Positions 29,445 through 39,577 of a stretch of 64,000 nucleotides of DNA are shown in pieces; within the stretch, counting starts at the first letter, position 1; the number at the start of each line of letters is the position of its first letter. The notes beneath the pieces are model-generated. The model had not been told where the DNA came from and did no database searches. It saw nothing but the letters and a program-made list of their open reading frames with translations. This DNA is from an uncultured Gemmatimonadales bacterium (GTDB lineage Bacteria; Gemmatimonadota; Gemmatimonadetes; Longimicrobiales; RSA9): contig CAWCUS010000003.1 of the NCBI GenBank assembly GCA_963798845.1, positions 64,001 to 128,000 on the forward strand, given 5' to 3'. The position numbers and the translations under genes were made by a program.

Positions 29445-29473
29445 AAGATGCAATCGCGCAACCGCCGATGCAA
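29445..29473 (-). promoter_or_regulatory. Putative sigma70-type promoter for the candidate ncRNA
   Basis: TTGCAT-N17-CATCTT; same TTG-N17-CAnnnT pattern as promoters at 49905-49933, 61826-61854 and 61917-61945. Confidence 0.5.
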
Positions 29474-29503
29474 GGATTTCTTTTGTCGCTGTAACTGCAT
29501 TAG

Positions 29504-29695
29504 CACCAACGTCTTACGAAATCAGCATCCACAGATGCGGAAAACCGCGGACAGCCACATCGCCGCATCCGCCCCACCACCAATGACTTCGGAGTTTGTA
29601 ACAGATGTGATCCACACGATTTCTGAAGTTCTCCACTACCAACGACAGGGTTTTCCCCACACGATGCCCCGGATTTCCACAGAGCCGGTGGAAAG
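29504..29695. promoter_or_regulatory. Cluster of DnaA-box-like 9-mers with an adjacent IHF-like site
   Basis: GCATCCACA 29525, TTTTCCGCA (rc) 29536, TGATCCACA 29608, TTCTCCACT 29629, TTCCCCACA 29653, ATTTCCACA 29673, CTTTCCACC (rc) 29687; CACCAACGTCTTA 29504; locally AT-richer. Confidence 0.5.
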
Positions 29696-29778
29696 ATGCC
29701 CCTTCGCCGCAGCCGCATCTCACCGCTCAGTCCGCGCTTTCCCGTTCCTGGCGCGTCGGGCGGACGGTGCAGAGGCGC

Positions 29779-31230
29779 TCAGCTGCCGAGCCCCTCCTCG
29801 ACGATGGCCTCGCGGGCGATCTGCTCCTCGAGGCGCTCTTCCGCGGAGAGTTCGGGGACGCGCCAGCGCTCGCGAACGAACCAGCCGAGAGCCAGGAGTG
29901 CGCCCATGACGTTGGAGATGGGATAGGCCCACCAGATCCCCTGCTCGCCGAGACCGCCGCGGGAGGAGAGCGTCCAGGCGAGGGGGAAGAGGAAGACCCA
30001 GAGGGAGATGACGGTGATCAGGAGCGCGCTGCCGGTGCGTCCGGCGCCGCGGAGGGAGCCGGTGGTTACCTGCTGGACGCCGAGGAACCCGAAGGAGAGC
30101 GCCATGATGTGGATGAATCGGGTCCCCACCCGCACGACCTCGGGGTCGCCCGGGACGAAAGCGCGGGTAATGGGCGCGGCGAGGAAGAAGAGCAGGATGC
30201 CGGCGGCGGTCATCCCGGTGAACGCCACGGCCATGGCGGTGCGGGCGGTTGCCCGCGCCCGGTCCGGGGCTCGCGCGCCAATGTTCTGGCCGACGAGGGT
30301 GGTTGCGGCCATGGAGAGTCCGAGGGCGGGAATGATGATGAAGCTGAGGATGCGGGTCCCGATGCCGTAGGCCGCGACGACGGTCGTCCCGAAGCCAGTG
30401 ACCAGGAGCATCATGACGGAGAAGCCGAGGCCTCGCGCGGACTGCTCGAGAGAGGAGGGGAGCCCGAGCTTGAAGATGCGTGAGACCAGGGCCAGGTCGG
30501 GCACGAGATCCCGCCGATGGAGGTGAATGCCGAACCGGCCGGTGGTGAGCACGCGGATTCCGACCACCGCCGCGAGGCTCTGGGTCGCGACGGTGGCGAC
30601 GGCCGCCCCTGCCACGCCGAGCTCGGGGAACGGTCCCATCCCCAGGATGAGGACCGGGTCGAGGAAGAAGTTGAGCAGGACGGTGCCCGCGACGATGAAG
30701 AGCGGGGTCCTCACGTCGCCCACGCCCCGCATGAGTGACTGGACGACGAAGTAGAGGAACACTGCAACGAGGCCGAGGAAGGATATGGCGAGGTAGCTGG
30801 TGGCGAGGCGTCCCACTTCGGGGTCGGGAGCGAAGCCCCGCATGATCGGCCCGGAGATGTAGTAGCCGAGGACCGAGAGCCCGATGGACACGGTGCCGAC
30901 GGCCAGAAGCGTCTGCGCGGCGACGTGGTTCACCGCCCGCATGTCGCCGGCCCCGTAGTACTGGGCGACCAGGATCGCCCCGGCGATGGACAGACCTCCG
31001 CCGAGCGAGATGATCACGAACAGAACGGGAAAGCTCACGGAAACGGCGGCCACTGCGGCGGCGCCGAGGCGGCCTACCCAGAACGTGTCGATGAGCTGGT
31101 ACACCGTCTGGAGGACGTTGGCCGCGACGATCGGCACGGCCAGCGCGAGGAGCGCCTTCCAGATCGGCCCCGTGGTCAGGTCACGGCGCCCTCCGCCGCG
31201 GCCGGCTCCCGGCTGCCGCGCGCCCCGCAT
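29779..31230 (-). CDS. MATE family efflux transporter
   Basis: DLTTGPIWKALLALAVP, DTFWVGRLG, RGVGDVRTP, LGVAGAAVAT, VGQNIGA; start approximate. Confidence 0.92.
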   Translation of the reverse strand: MRGARQPGAGRGGGRRDLTTGPIWKALLALAVPIVAANVLQTVYQLIDTFWVGRLGAAAVAAVSVSFPVLFVIISLGGGLSIAGAILVAQYYGAGDMRAVNHVAAQTLLAVGTVSIGLSVLGYYISGPIMRGFAPDPEVGRLATSYLAISFLGLVAVFLYFVVQSLMRGVGDVRTPLFIVAGTVLLNFFLDPVLILGMGPFPELGVAGAAVATVATQSLAAVVGIRVLTTGRFGIHLHRRDLVPDLALVSRIFKLGLPSSLEQSARGLGFSVMMLLVTGFGTTVVAAYGIGTRILSFIIIPALGLSMAATTLVGQNIGARAPDRARATARTAMAVAFTGMTAAGILLFFLAAPITRAFVPGDPEVVRVGTRFIHIMALSFGFLGVQQVTTGSLRGAGRTGSALLITVISLWVFLFPLAWTLSSRGGLGEQGIWWAYPISNVMGALLALGWFVRERWRVPELSAEERLEEQIAREAIVEEGLGS

Positions 31231-31550
31231 CCTCCCGGTTCGCGGCCGCCCGCCCGAGCCACGATTCACTCCACCCTCCCGCTCGCGGCGTCGTAGCGGC
31301 CGCGCCCGTGAGCTGCGATAGCTCCCCGGCGTGTCGTGTCTTCCCGGGCGTGCCAGCCCCCAGGGGTGGGCGGGCCGGCCGCCGACGGGCGGCTCCGCGG
31401 CCGCATCTTCGTTGGTGTCCCGGCCTCCCATCGCTGTCGATTTCCGGTTCACGCCAATGCCGCGCCAGGCGGCCCTGGTCCGCCGCCGTGTGCAGGTATC
31501 GCGCCGCGACGCCACCACCGGTTCCCGCGCGCCGGGGTTACTTTTCGGAC

Positions 31551-32810
31551 ATGAGCGAAGCCACCACGGGAATGGGGCCGCGGAAGGCGGGGGGAAGCGG
31601 CGTCGGAGCCGCAGGTGCGGAGCAAGGCCCGGCCGGCGGTGGCAGGGGAGCCTCGGAAGGCCGGCGGCACCGGGTGCCCGTCGCTCGGATCGTGCTGGTG
31701 CTGGCTGGCTGGCTGGCTCTCTGCTGGACGGCGCTCGGCCTTCTGTTCGCACCGGTGGTGCCCGGGGGCTGGACGCTGATGGTGCTCCTCGCGCTCGCGT
31801 CGGCGCTTCCCATCGTGGTGCTGGCCCGGGGATTCGCGAGCAGGGTCTACCCCGGGGCCGGCGTTCGCGTCTGGGTGCTCCGGCCCTTCTGGTACATGCA
31901 GATGGCGCTCCCGCTACTGCTGACCGCCGCCGCCGCGGGCGCGGTGGTGGGCGTGATCGTCGGAGGTCCCGGGCGGGTGGGGCGGGGCTTCGTCCTCCTC
32001 ATGGCCGGGGTACTCGCGGTGGTCGGGCTCTGGGGGTACGCCGGGTCGCGGCGCCTGCGCGTGCAGCGGCTGACTTTTCGCTTCCCCACCCTCCCGCCCG
32101 GCCTGGACGGGCTCCGCATCGTCCAGCTTTCGGACCTTCACGTGGGGCCGCACACGCCCCGCCGGCACCTCGAGCGCGTGGCGCGCTCGGTGATGGCCGC
32201 AGGGCCGGATCTCGTGGCTTTCACCGGCGACCAGGTCGACGACTACGCCGAGGACGTCGCCCATTTCGCCAGGGCGTTCCGCGGTCTCCGTGCTCCGCTC
32301 GGGGTGTACGCGGTTGCCGGCAACCACGACGTCTACGCCGGCTGGTCGGCGGTGCGCCTCGGCATGGAGGCCATGGGCATTCGCGTCCTCGTGAACGAAG
32401 CGGTGGCGCTCGAGCGCGACGGCGCGCGGCTGTGGCTCGGCGGGACGGGCGACCCGGCGGGATCGGCCTGGCACCGTGACGGCGGGGCGGCGGCGGCGCC
32501 GGATCTCCAGCGGACGCTGGCCGGCGTTCCGCCCGGGGCCTTCGCGGTGGTCCTGGCCCACAATCCGGTGCTCTGGCCTCCGCTGGCGGAGCGCGGGGTG
32601 CAGCTGACTTTGAGCGGCCACACCCACCACGGCCAGCTGTCGATTCCACGGCTCCGCTGGAGCCTTGCCTCCCCATTCGTGGAGCACGCCATGGGCACGC
32701 ACCGGCGGGGAGATTCCGTACTGTACATTTCGCCCGGCACGAACTACTGGGGGCTGCCCCTCCGGATCGGTGCCCTGCCCGAGGTCACCGTTATCCAGCT
32801 GGCGCGCTAG
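31551..32810 (+). CDS. Membrane-anchored metallophosphoesterase (YkuE/YaeI-like)
   Basis: N-terminal TMs; SDLHVG, TGDQVD, GNHD, LAHNP, SGHTHHGQ; start approximate. Confidence 0.9.
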   Translation: MSEATTGMGPRKAGGSGVGAAGAEQGPAGGGRGASEGRRHRVPVARIVLVLAGWLALCWTALGLLFAPVVPGGWTLMVLLALASALPIVVLARGFASRVYPGAGVRVWVLRPFWYMQMALPLLLTAAAAGAVVGVIVGGPGRVGRGFVLLMAGVLAVVGLWGYAGSRRLRVQRLTFRFPTLPPGLDGLRIVQLSDLHVGPHTPRRHLERVARSVMAAGPDLVAFTGDQVDDYAEDVAHFARAFRGLRAPLGVYAVAGNHDVYAGWSAVRLGMEAMGIRVLVNEAVALERDGARLWLGGTGDPAGSAWHRDGGAAAAPDLQRTLAGVPPGAFAVVLAHNPVLWPPLAERGVQLTLSGHTHHGQLSIPRLRWSLASPFVEHAMGTHRRGDSVLYISPGTNYWGLPLRIGALPEVTVIQLAR

Positions 32811-32943
32811 CTCGCGGCGATTCCCGGCTCACCTCCCGAAAGTACCCGAACCGGGCTACATTTCCGGAATCCCGCCGGCGGTCGGGACGATCCGGGCGCC
32901 GGGGCTCCCACGCGGAGCCGAAGACCCCCGAGCCACCGGAGCC

Positions 32944-34377
32944 ATGCGCCCGTTCTCCCTGATCCCGATCGCGGCCGTCGCCGTGCTTACTGCCGCCTCC
33001 CTGACGGCACAGCAGCCCGCCGGCGACGACGGCGGCGCTCTCACCATCCCGTTCGAGCGGGTGACCCTCGACAACGGGCTGAACGTGATCCTCTCACCTG
33101 ACCACACCACTCCGCAGGTGGTGGTGGACGTGTGGTACCACGTGGGCTCGAAGAACGAGGAGCCGGGGCGGACGGGCTTCGCACACATGTTCGAGCACGT
33201 GATGTTCACCGGCTCCGCCCACGTCCCCTACGGCCTCCACGACAGGCTCACGGAGGGGGTGGGCGGCTACAACAACGGTTCCACCAACAACGACCGGACC
33301 AACTACTTCGAAAGCGTTCCGTCGAACTACCTGGAGTCTGCGCTCTGGCTGGAGTCGGACCGCATGGGATACCTGCTCGACAAGCTGGACGAGGCGAAGT
33401 TCGTGGCGCAGCGGGACATCGTGCAGAACGAGCGTCGCCAGGGGGTGGACAACCAGCCGTACGGCCGGGCGTCGGAGATCCTGACCACAGCGGCCTACCC
33501 GCCGTCCAACCCGTACTCCTGGTCGGTGATCGGCTACATGACCGACCTCCAGGCCGCCACGGTCGACGATGTGAAGAAGTTCTTCCGGCTGTACTACGCG
33601 CCGTCCAACGCGACCGTCGCGATCGTCGGCGACTTCGACCCGGCGCAGGCGAAGGCGTGGGTCGAGCAGTACTTCGACGAGCTTCCGGCGGGCGCCGCGA
33701 TCACCCGCCCGAGCGTGACTCGCCCCGTGCTGCCAGCGGAAAAGCGGCTGGTTTTCGAGGACCACGTGCAGGTGCCGCGGCTGTACATGCAATGGCCCAC
33801 CGTGGGCGTGGACAACCCGGACAACCGCGCCCTCCAGTACCTCGGCGAGATCCTCACCGGCTCGCGCACAGCGCGGCTGACCAAGGCGCTCGTGTACGAC
33901 CTGCAATCGGCCGCCAACGTGATGGCCTACAACGGCGGACGGGAGAACGCGGGTGATTTCAACATCGTCATCACGCCCCGCCCGGGGCATACGCTCACCG
34001 AGCTGAAGTCGGCCACGGACTCGGTGCTGACCGGGATCCTCGAGGATGGGCCGACCGCGGACGAGATGGCGCGCACGGCGGCCGGGCTCCAGTACCAGTT
34101 CGTGTCGTCGCTGCAGTCCAACCTCGGGAAGGCGGAGATGCTGAACACGGGGCTAGTCTTTCACGGCGATCCGGCGTTCTACAAGGCCGAGTTCGCGGCC
34201 ATGAAGGCAGTCACCGCCGCCCAGGTGAGAGCCGCGGCCAGGGAGTACCTGACGCCCGGACGTGTCGTGCTGAGCGTGGTCCCGCTCGGCGAGACGCAGC
34301 TCGCCGCCGACGCGGACCAGAGCATCCCCGTGACCGTGTCGCCCGACGGCGGCCATTACATCATGGAGCCCCGCTGA
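32944..34377 (+). CDS. M16 family zinc peptidase, catalytic subunit
   Basis: Signal peptide; WYHVGSKNE, inverted zinc motif HMFEH, NERRQ, YYAPSNA. Confidence 0.93.
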   Translation: MRPFSLIPIAAVAVLTAASLTAQQPAGDDGGALTIPFERVTLDNGLNVILSPDHTTPQVVVDVWYHVGSKNEEPGRTGFAHMFEHVMFTGSAHVPYGLHDRLTEGVGGYNNGSTNNDRTNYFESVPSNYLESALWLESDRMGYLLDKLDEAKFVAQRDIVQNERRQGVDNQPYGRASEILTTAAYPPSNPYSWSVIGYMTDLQAATVDDVKKFFRLYYAPSNATVAIVGDFDPAQAKAWVEQYFDELPAGAAITRPSVTRPVLPAEKRLVFEDHVQVPRLYMQWPTVGVDNPDNRALQYLGEILTGSRTARLTKALVYDLQSAANVMAYNGGRENAGDFNIVITPRPGHTLTELKSATDSVLTGILEDGPTADEMARTAAGLQYQFVSSLQSNLGKAEMLNTGLVFHGDPAFYKAEFAAMKAVTAAQVRAAAREYLTPGRVVLSVVPLGETQLAADADQSIPVTVSPDGGHYIMEPR

Positions 34378-35879
34378 TGCGCACACAGGCAAAGGCAGTC
34401 CGACTCAGCGGCCGCACCGCTGCGGCATTCGCACCGCTCATTCTGGCCGCCGCGCTCGCGGTCACGCTCGGGGGCGCCTCGCCGGCCGCGGGCCAGAAGC
34501 CGCTCGACCGCACTATCGTTCCGCCGCCCGGCCCAGCGCCCGAGCTGCGCGTCCCGCAGTGGACGCACACCACGCTCGCCAACGGCGCCGAGCTGGTCGT
34601 GGTGGCCAAGCGCGACCTGCCGCTCGTGTCGTTCAGCATCGACTTCATCGGCGGCGCCGCCAATTACGAGCCGGCGGGGAAGACGGGTGTGGCGGCGTTC
34701 ACCGCAGACATGCTGAGCGAAGGCACGGTGAAGCGCACCGCCGATGAGCTGAGCGAAGCAGAGCAGATGCTCGGCACCGAGATCCGCGCCGACGTCGGGA
34801 AGGAGAACGGCTACATCGGCTTCACGGCACTGAGCGATCGCTTCCAGCCCGCACTCGCGCTCCTGGCCGACATGCTGGAGAATCCCACGTTCCCGAGCGA
34901 TGCGCTGGAGCGCCTGCGCGGCCGTACCCTGGTGTCGCTGCGCCAGGCCAAAGACCGCCCGAACGCGATCGCTGCGGACGTGTTCGCCCGCGTCGTGTAC
35001 GGCGCCGGGCATCCGTACGGCCGGGTCATGACCGAAGGCACGGTCGGCGCCATCACCCGCGACGACATCGCCGCCTTCCACCAGACCTATTTCCGCCCGG
35101 GCCACGCGGTCATTACCGTGGCCGGGAATGTGGAGCCGGCGGCCGTGAAGCAGCAGGTGGAGCAAGCCCTCGCGGGGTGGAAGACCGGCGGCGCCGCGCC
35201 GTCGTTCGATTACCCGGCGATGCCAGCACCGAAGCCCACCACCATCTATCTCGTGGACAAGCCGAACGCCGCCCAGTCCGTATTCGCGATCGGGCTCGCC
35301 GGTCCACCCCGCGACACGCCCGACTACTACGCCATCGAAGTCATGAACACCCTGCTCGGCGGGCTCTTCCAGTCCCGGCTCAACCATGAGATCCGCGAAG
35401 TGCGCGGCTGGAGCTACGGCGTGGGCTCCGACTTCCACTTCGGCCGCGGGCCCGGGGCTTTCCAGGCCGGGGGCGGCGTGATCACCGCCAAGAGCGACAG
35501 CGCCCTGATGGCGTTCATGCGCCACCTCCAGGGCGTGCGGGGGGAGATCCCCTTCACCGACGACGAGATGGCGCAGGGCAAGGGCTCACTGGTGCAGTCG
35601 CTCCCCGGCCGCTTCGCGTCTGTACAGGGCACCGCCGACGCCATCGGCACGCTGTACACGGACGCGCTGCCGGAGACGTACTACCAGGACTATGCGGCCA
35701 AGATCGACGCGGTCACCCGCGACGACCTCGTCCGGGTGGCACGCACGTACCTCGACCTCGACCACCTCAGCATCGTCATCGTGGGCGACCGCGCCACGAT
35801 CGAGGCGCCGCTCCGCGCCACGGGCGTCGCACCCATCACCCTCCTCGACGTCGACGGCGACCCCGTCACCGACCAGTAG
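34377..35879 (+). CDS. M16 family peptidase, non-catalytic partner subunit
   Basis: Lacks HxxEH; has SRLNHEIREVRGWSYG R/Y motif; start overlaps upstream stop (TGATG). Confidence 0.9.
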   Translation: MRTQAKAVRLSGRTAAAFAPLILAAALAVTLGGASPAAGQKPLDRTIVPPPGPAPELRVPQWTHTTLANGAELVVVAKRDLPLVSFSIDFIGGAANYEPAGKTGVAAFTADMLSEGTVKRTADELSEAEQMLGTEIRADVGKENGYIGFTALSDRFQPALALLADMLENPTFPSDALERLRGRTLVSLRQAKDRPNAIAADVFARVVYGAGHPYGRVMTEGTVGAITRDDIAAFHQTYFRPGHAVITVAGNVEPAAVKQQVEQALAGWKTGGAAPSFDYPAMPAPKPTTIYLVDKPNAAQSVFAIGLAGPPRDTPDYYAIEVMNTLLGGLFQSRLNHEIREVRGWSYGVGSDFHFGRGPGAFQAGGGVITAKSDSALMAFMRHLQGVRGEIPFTDDEMAQGKGSLVQSLPGRFASVQGTADAIGTLYTDALPETYYQDYAAKIDAVTRDDLVRVARTYLDLDHLSIVIVGDRATIEAPLRATGVAPITLLDVDGDPVTDQ

Positions 35880-35889
35880 GCGGCTGGCG

Positions 35890-35915
35890 CCCCTCCGGCC
35901 TCCGGGCCGGAGGGG
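35890..35915 (+). terminator. Stem-loop after the M16 pair
   Basis: CCCCTCCGGCC-TCCG-GGCCGGAGGGG; short U tail. Confidence 0.55.
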
Positions 35916-36031
35916 GCCTTCTCGCCGGCGACCGCGACGGCAGGCGAGGGTCGCGTGCCGGGCAGAAAGCGATGAAACCTGCGCCTTCGCCCGGCCGTAG
36001 AGCCGCTCCACACCCTCATCCCGGATCGCCC

Positions 36032-38491
36032 ATGCTTCGCGAGCTCCGCCAGAACATCAGGATCCTGTGGAAGGAGAAGGCGTTCACCCTCACGGTCCTG
36101 GTGACGCTCGCGGTCTGCGTCGGCGCCAACGCCGCCATCTTCTCCGTCGTCCACACCGTTCTGCTCGCGCCGCTGCCGTACGCCCACGCGGACCGGCTCG
36201 TCACGGTCTACAACAGCTATCCAGGGGCGGGCGTGCCGCGGGCCTCGAACGGGTCGTTCGACTACTTCGTGCGGCGCGAACGGATCGGGTCGTTCGAGGC
36301 GGTGGCGGAGTACCAGATGGCAGGCGCGACGGTGGGCGACCCGGGCTCTACCGAGCGTCTCACGATCCAGCGCGTGACTCCGTCCTTCTTCCCCCTGTTC
36401 GGTGCGAAGCCGGTCCTGGGACGCGGCTTCACGGAGGAGGAGATGGAGCCCGGGAAGGAACAGGTGGTGGTGCTCTCGAACGGGTACTGGAAGGAGCATT
36501 TCGCCGGTGATCCGGGCGCGGTCGGGCGGGAGCTCCGGGTGGACGGTCGGCAGTATCTGATCGTGGGGGTGATGCCTGCCGAATTCCGCATGCCGCAGGC
36601 CGAGCAGCCGCGCTTCTACGTGCCCATCGTCTTTCCGCCGGAGTCGCGGACCATCGACGCATGGCACAGCAACAACTACTCGATGGCGGCGCGGCTCGCC
36701 CCGGGCGTCACCATCGAGCGCGCGGTGGCGGAGAACGACGAGCTCAACCATGCCCTCATCGCCGACTGGCCGATCCCTGGAGCGGAGCAGATCCTCAAGG
36801 ACGCCGGGTACCATACCGAGGTGCACCCCATGCACGAAGAGCTGGTGCGGGACATCCGCCCGACGCTCTACCTCCTCTGGGGCGGCGTCGTCTTCGTGCT
36901 CCTCATCGGCTGCGTCAACATCGCCAACATCATCCTGGCCCGCTCTCAGGTCCGGCTGCGCGAAGTGGCGACGCGCCTGGCGCTGGGCGCGCCGCGTCGT
37001 CGCCTGGCGAGGGAGATGCTGTTTCACGCCCTCCTCCTGGCGGGGATCGGCGGCGTGCTCGGGATCGGCGTGGGGCTCGCCGGGATCAGGCTGCTGAGCG
37101 CGTTCGGCGCCTCGGACCTCCCGCGCGGCCCCGAAATCGGAATGGACGGGTCGGTGCTGCTCTTCACTATCGGCACCGCGCTCGTGGCGGGGTTCATCTT
37201 CGGCGCCATCCCGACCGCACAGCTGCTGCGCGGCAACCTCCAGGCGGTGCTGCAGACGGAGAGCCGCGGCGGCACGGCGAGCCGGCGGACCCTGTGGGTG
37301 CGCAACGGCCTCGTCACCGCCCAGGTCACCCTCGCCTTCCTCCTCCTCATCGGAGCCGGCCTCATGCTCATGAGCTTCCGGCACGCCGTCGCCGTCAACC
37401 CCGGATTCCAGCCGGACGGCGTGCTCACCGGCAGCCTGGCCCTCCCCACCTCCCGGTACCCGGAAGGCGACGACCGGGAGCACTTCGTGGATGAGCTCCT
37501 CGCCGAGCTCCGGGGCGTGCCCGGAGTGCGCAGCCTCGGATTGACCACGCTTCTCCCCTTCAGCGGCAACAACTCGAGCAGCGTGATCTTCCCCGAGGGC
37601 TACTCTCCCCCGCCCGGCGAGTCGGTCCTGTCGCCCTTCCAGAGCTGGGTGGCCGGCGACTACTTCCAGGTCATGCGGATCCCCCTCGTGGAGGGCCGGA
37701 CCTTCCAGGGCGACGATGGTCGCGACGACCGCCGCGTCATCATCCTCGACCGCTGGCTCGCCCACCGCTACTTCGGTGACGCGAGCCCGCTCGGCAAGCG
37801 CATGATCTGGGGCGCCATCCCCGGCCAGGCCGACCCGGAGGACTACTATACCGTGATCGGCGTGGTGGAGACGGTGAAGCAGAACGACCTCACGGCGCGC
37901 CCGGGGGAGCACGTCGGCGCGTACTACTTCCCTTACCGGTCCAACCGCCAGACCAACGTGACCCTGGTGGTTCGCACCGACGGCGACCCGGAGGCGCTCA
38001 CCCCCGTGATCCGCGACCGGATCCGGAAGCTCGACTCGGAGCTGCCCCTGTACTCCGTGAACACCATGCGTGGCCGCATCGACGAGTCGCTCACCAGCCG
38101 GCGTGCCTCCATGCTCCTCCTCCTGACCTTCGCCGGCGTGGCCCTGTTCCTGGCCGTCCTCGGGATATACGGCGTGCTGGCCTACGCCGTGGCGCAGCGA
38201 ACGCGCGAGATGGGGATCCGCATGGCCCTGGGCAGCACGGCCCGGGAGATCTTCGTGCTGGTGGTCTCCCACGGTGCACGCATCACCCTCATCGGCCTCC
38301 TCGTGGGCGGCGCTGGCGCCGTCGGGCTCGGACGCGTCATCCGCTCGCTGCTCTACGACGTCCAGCCGCTGGATCCCGCCGTCTTCGGCGCCGTCGCCGC
38401 CGTGCTGGCGGTGGTGGCGGTGGCCGCGTGCATGCTCCCGGCCTGGCAGGCCACCAGGGTGGACCCGGTGCGGGCCCTTGTGGGCGAGTAG
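36032..38491 (+). CDS. Duplicated MacB/FtsX-type ABC transporter permease (ADOP-like orphan permease)
   Basis: GANAAIFSVV, LLIGCVNIANIIL, RLALGA, YGVLAYAVAQRTREMGIRMALG, ATRVDP; no adjacent ATPase gene. Confidence 0.9.
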   Translation: MLRELRQNIRILWKEKAFTLTVLVTLAVCVGANAAIFSVVHTVLLAPLPYAHADRLVTVYNSYPGAGVPRASNGSFDYFVRRERIGSFEAVAEYQMAGATVGDPGSTERLTIQRVTPSFFPLFGAKPVLGRGFTEEEMEPGKEQVVVLSNGYWKEHFAGDPGAVGRELRVDGRQYLIVGVMPAEFRMPQAEQPRFYVPIVFPPESRTIDAWHSNNYSMAARLAPGVTIERAVAENDELNHALIADWPIPGAEQILKDAGYHTEVHPMHEELVRDIRPTLYLLWGGVVFVLLIGCVNIANIILARSQVRLREVATRLALGAPRRRLAREMLFHALLLAGIGGVLGIGVGLAGIRLLSAFGASDLPRGPEIGMDGSVLLFTIGTALVAGFIFGAIPTAQLLRGNLQAVLQTESRGGTASRRTLWVRNGLVTAQVTLAFLLLIGAGLMLMSFRHAVAVNPGFQPDGVLTGSLALPTSRYPEGDDREHFVDELLAELRGVPGVRSLGLTTLLPFSGNNSSSVIFPEGYSPPPGESVLSPFQSWVAGDYFQVMRIPLVEGRTFQGDDGRDDRRVIILDRWLAHRYFGDASPLGKRMIWGAIPGQADPEDYYTVIGVVETVKQNDLTARPGEHVGAYYFPYRSNRQTNVTLVVRTDGDPEALTPVIRDRIRKLDSELPLYSVNTMRGRIDESLTSRRASMLLLLTFAGVALFLAVLGIYGVLAYAVAQRTREMGIRMALGSTAREIFVLVVSHGARITLIGLLVGGAGAVGLGRVIRSLLYDVQPLDPAVFGAVAAVLAVVAVAACMLPAWQATRVDPVRALVGE

Positions 38492-38568
38492 AGGAGCCAT
38501 GCGGCGCGTGCCCTTCCACGGGGTGTCGCCCCCCCGAGGTGGCCGCCGCGCGGCAGCCGACGCGAGGC

Positions 38569-39417
38569 TCAGAAGTTCGCCGGAATCGTCCAGGCCAGGG
38601 AAATCCCGCCGTCGGCCGACGGAAGCACGGCGGTGGAGAGGAGCAGCCGATCGACCGGGTTGTCCGGGTGCGAATAGGCGTACCAAACCACCTTGTTCCC
38701 GCTGAAGGTCCCGATCGCGGCCCCGGCCATGACGTCACTGGCCCAGTGCTTGTCGTGGTACATCCGGGACACCCCGACCAGCGCCGCGCCGCCGTACATC
38801 ACCCCGCCCACCACGTACTTCCACCCCGGCCAGGCGTCCTCCTCGGCGAGCCAGTGGGTCGTCTCGGCGGTCACCGCCGACGCGACGGAGAACGCAGTCG
38901 TGGCATGCCCCGACGGGAATGACTCGTAGTCCGTTCCCTTCAAGCCGCGGAACAACTTGAAGGAGTATGCCGATGTGTCCGCGGTCACGTACGGTCTCGC
39001 ACGGCCTACAACGACCTTCAGGGTCGTCGTGAACACCGTCGCGAGAAGGAAGGACTCCGTGCCGTGGAGCCCGAGCGCCGACAGGTATGGCCAGCCGCCG
39101 ATCCGGCCCACCGCGTACAGCGACGGCCCGATGATCTCCGGCGCCGGCTGACCCATGTAGCGGAAGAAGGAGGCCGCGTTGTGGGCGAAGGTGTTGTCCT
39201 GGAATACCGGCTCCCGGATCTCGCCCGCCAGGCGGTGGTCCAGCGGGAGCATGGCCGCCGTCGCTGCCACGAAACCGGCCGCGAGCCATGCGTCGTGCTT
39301 GGTGAGGAACGGCTTGGCCGCGTCCTCGGTGCTGTCCCGGACCGACTGGGGGCTCTGGGCCGACACCGCGCCCGCGGGCAGGACTACGATCAGAAACGCG
39401 ACAATGGTGCGGCGCAT
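38569..39417 (-). CDS. PAP2 family phosphatase
   Basis: K...GRARP, FPSGH, SRMYHDKHWASDV; signal peptide. Confidence 0.9.
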   Translation of the reverse strand: MRRTIVAFLIVVLPAGAVSAQSPQSVRDSTEDAAKPFLTKHDAWLAAGFVAATAAMLPLDHRLAGEIREPVFQDNTFAHNAASFFRYMGQPAPEIIGPSLYAVGRIGGWPYLSALGLHGTESFLLATVFTTTLKVVVGRARPYVTADTSAYSFKLFRGLKGTDYESFPSGHATTAFSVASAVTAETTHWLAEEDAWPGWKYVVGGVMYGGAALVGVSRMYHDKHWASDVMAGAAIGTFSGNKVVWYAYSHPDNPVDRLLLSTAVLPSADGGISLAWTIPANF

Positions 39418-39577
39418 GGCTGTCTTCCGGCGGCCGCGGCCATCGCCGCGGCGAGGATTGCATTGTCAGTTCCCGGGCTCGCAATGCAACGCCCGCGCCA
39501 GCCGGGCCGTCACGCCCGCCCGCTCGGTCCGAACGCCATGAATGGGAAAAGAACGAAGGACCGCTTCCGCAGGGCGG

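Noticed and set aside
35690..38686. Long antisense or alternate-frame ORFs (also 52241-54892, 13282-15759 extension, 10251-12485, 25787-27943, 55040-57193)
   Set aside because: Shadow ORFs of high-GC coding regions: Arg/Pro/Gly-rich, no motifs, and overlapping well-supported genes
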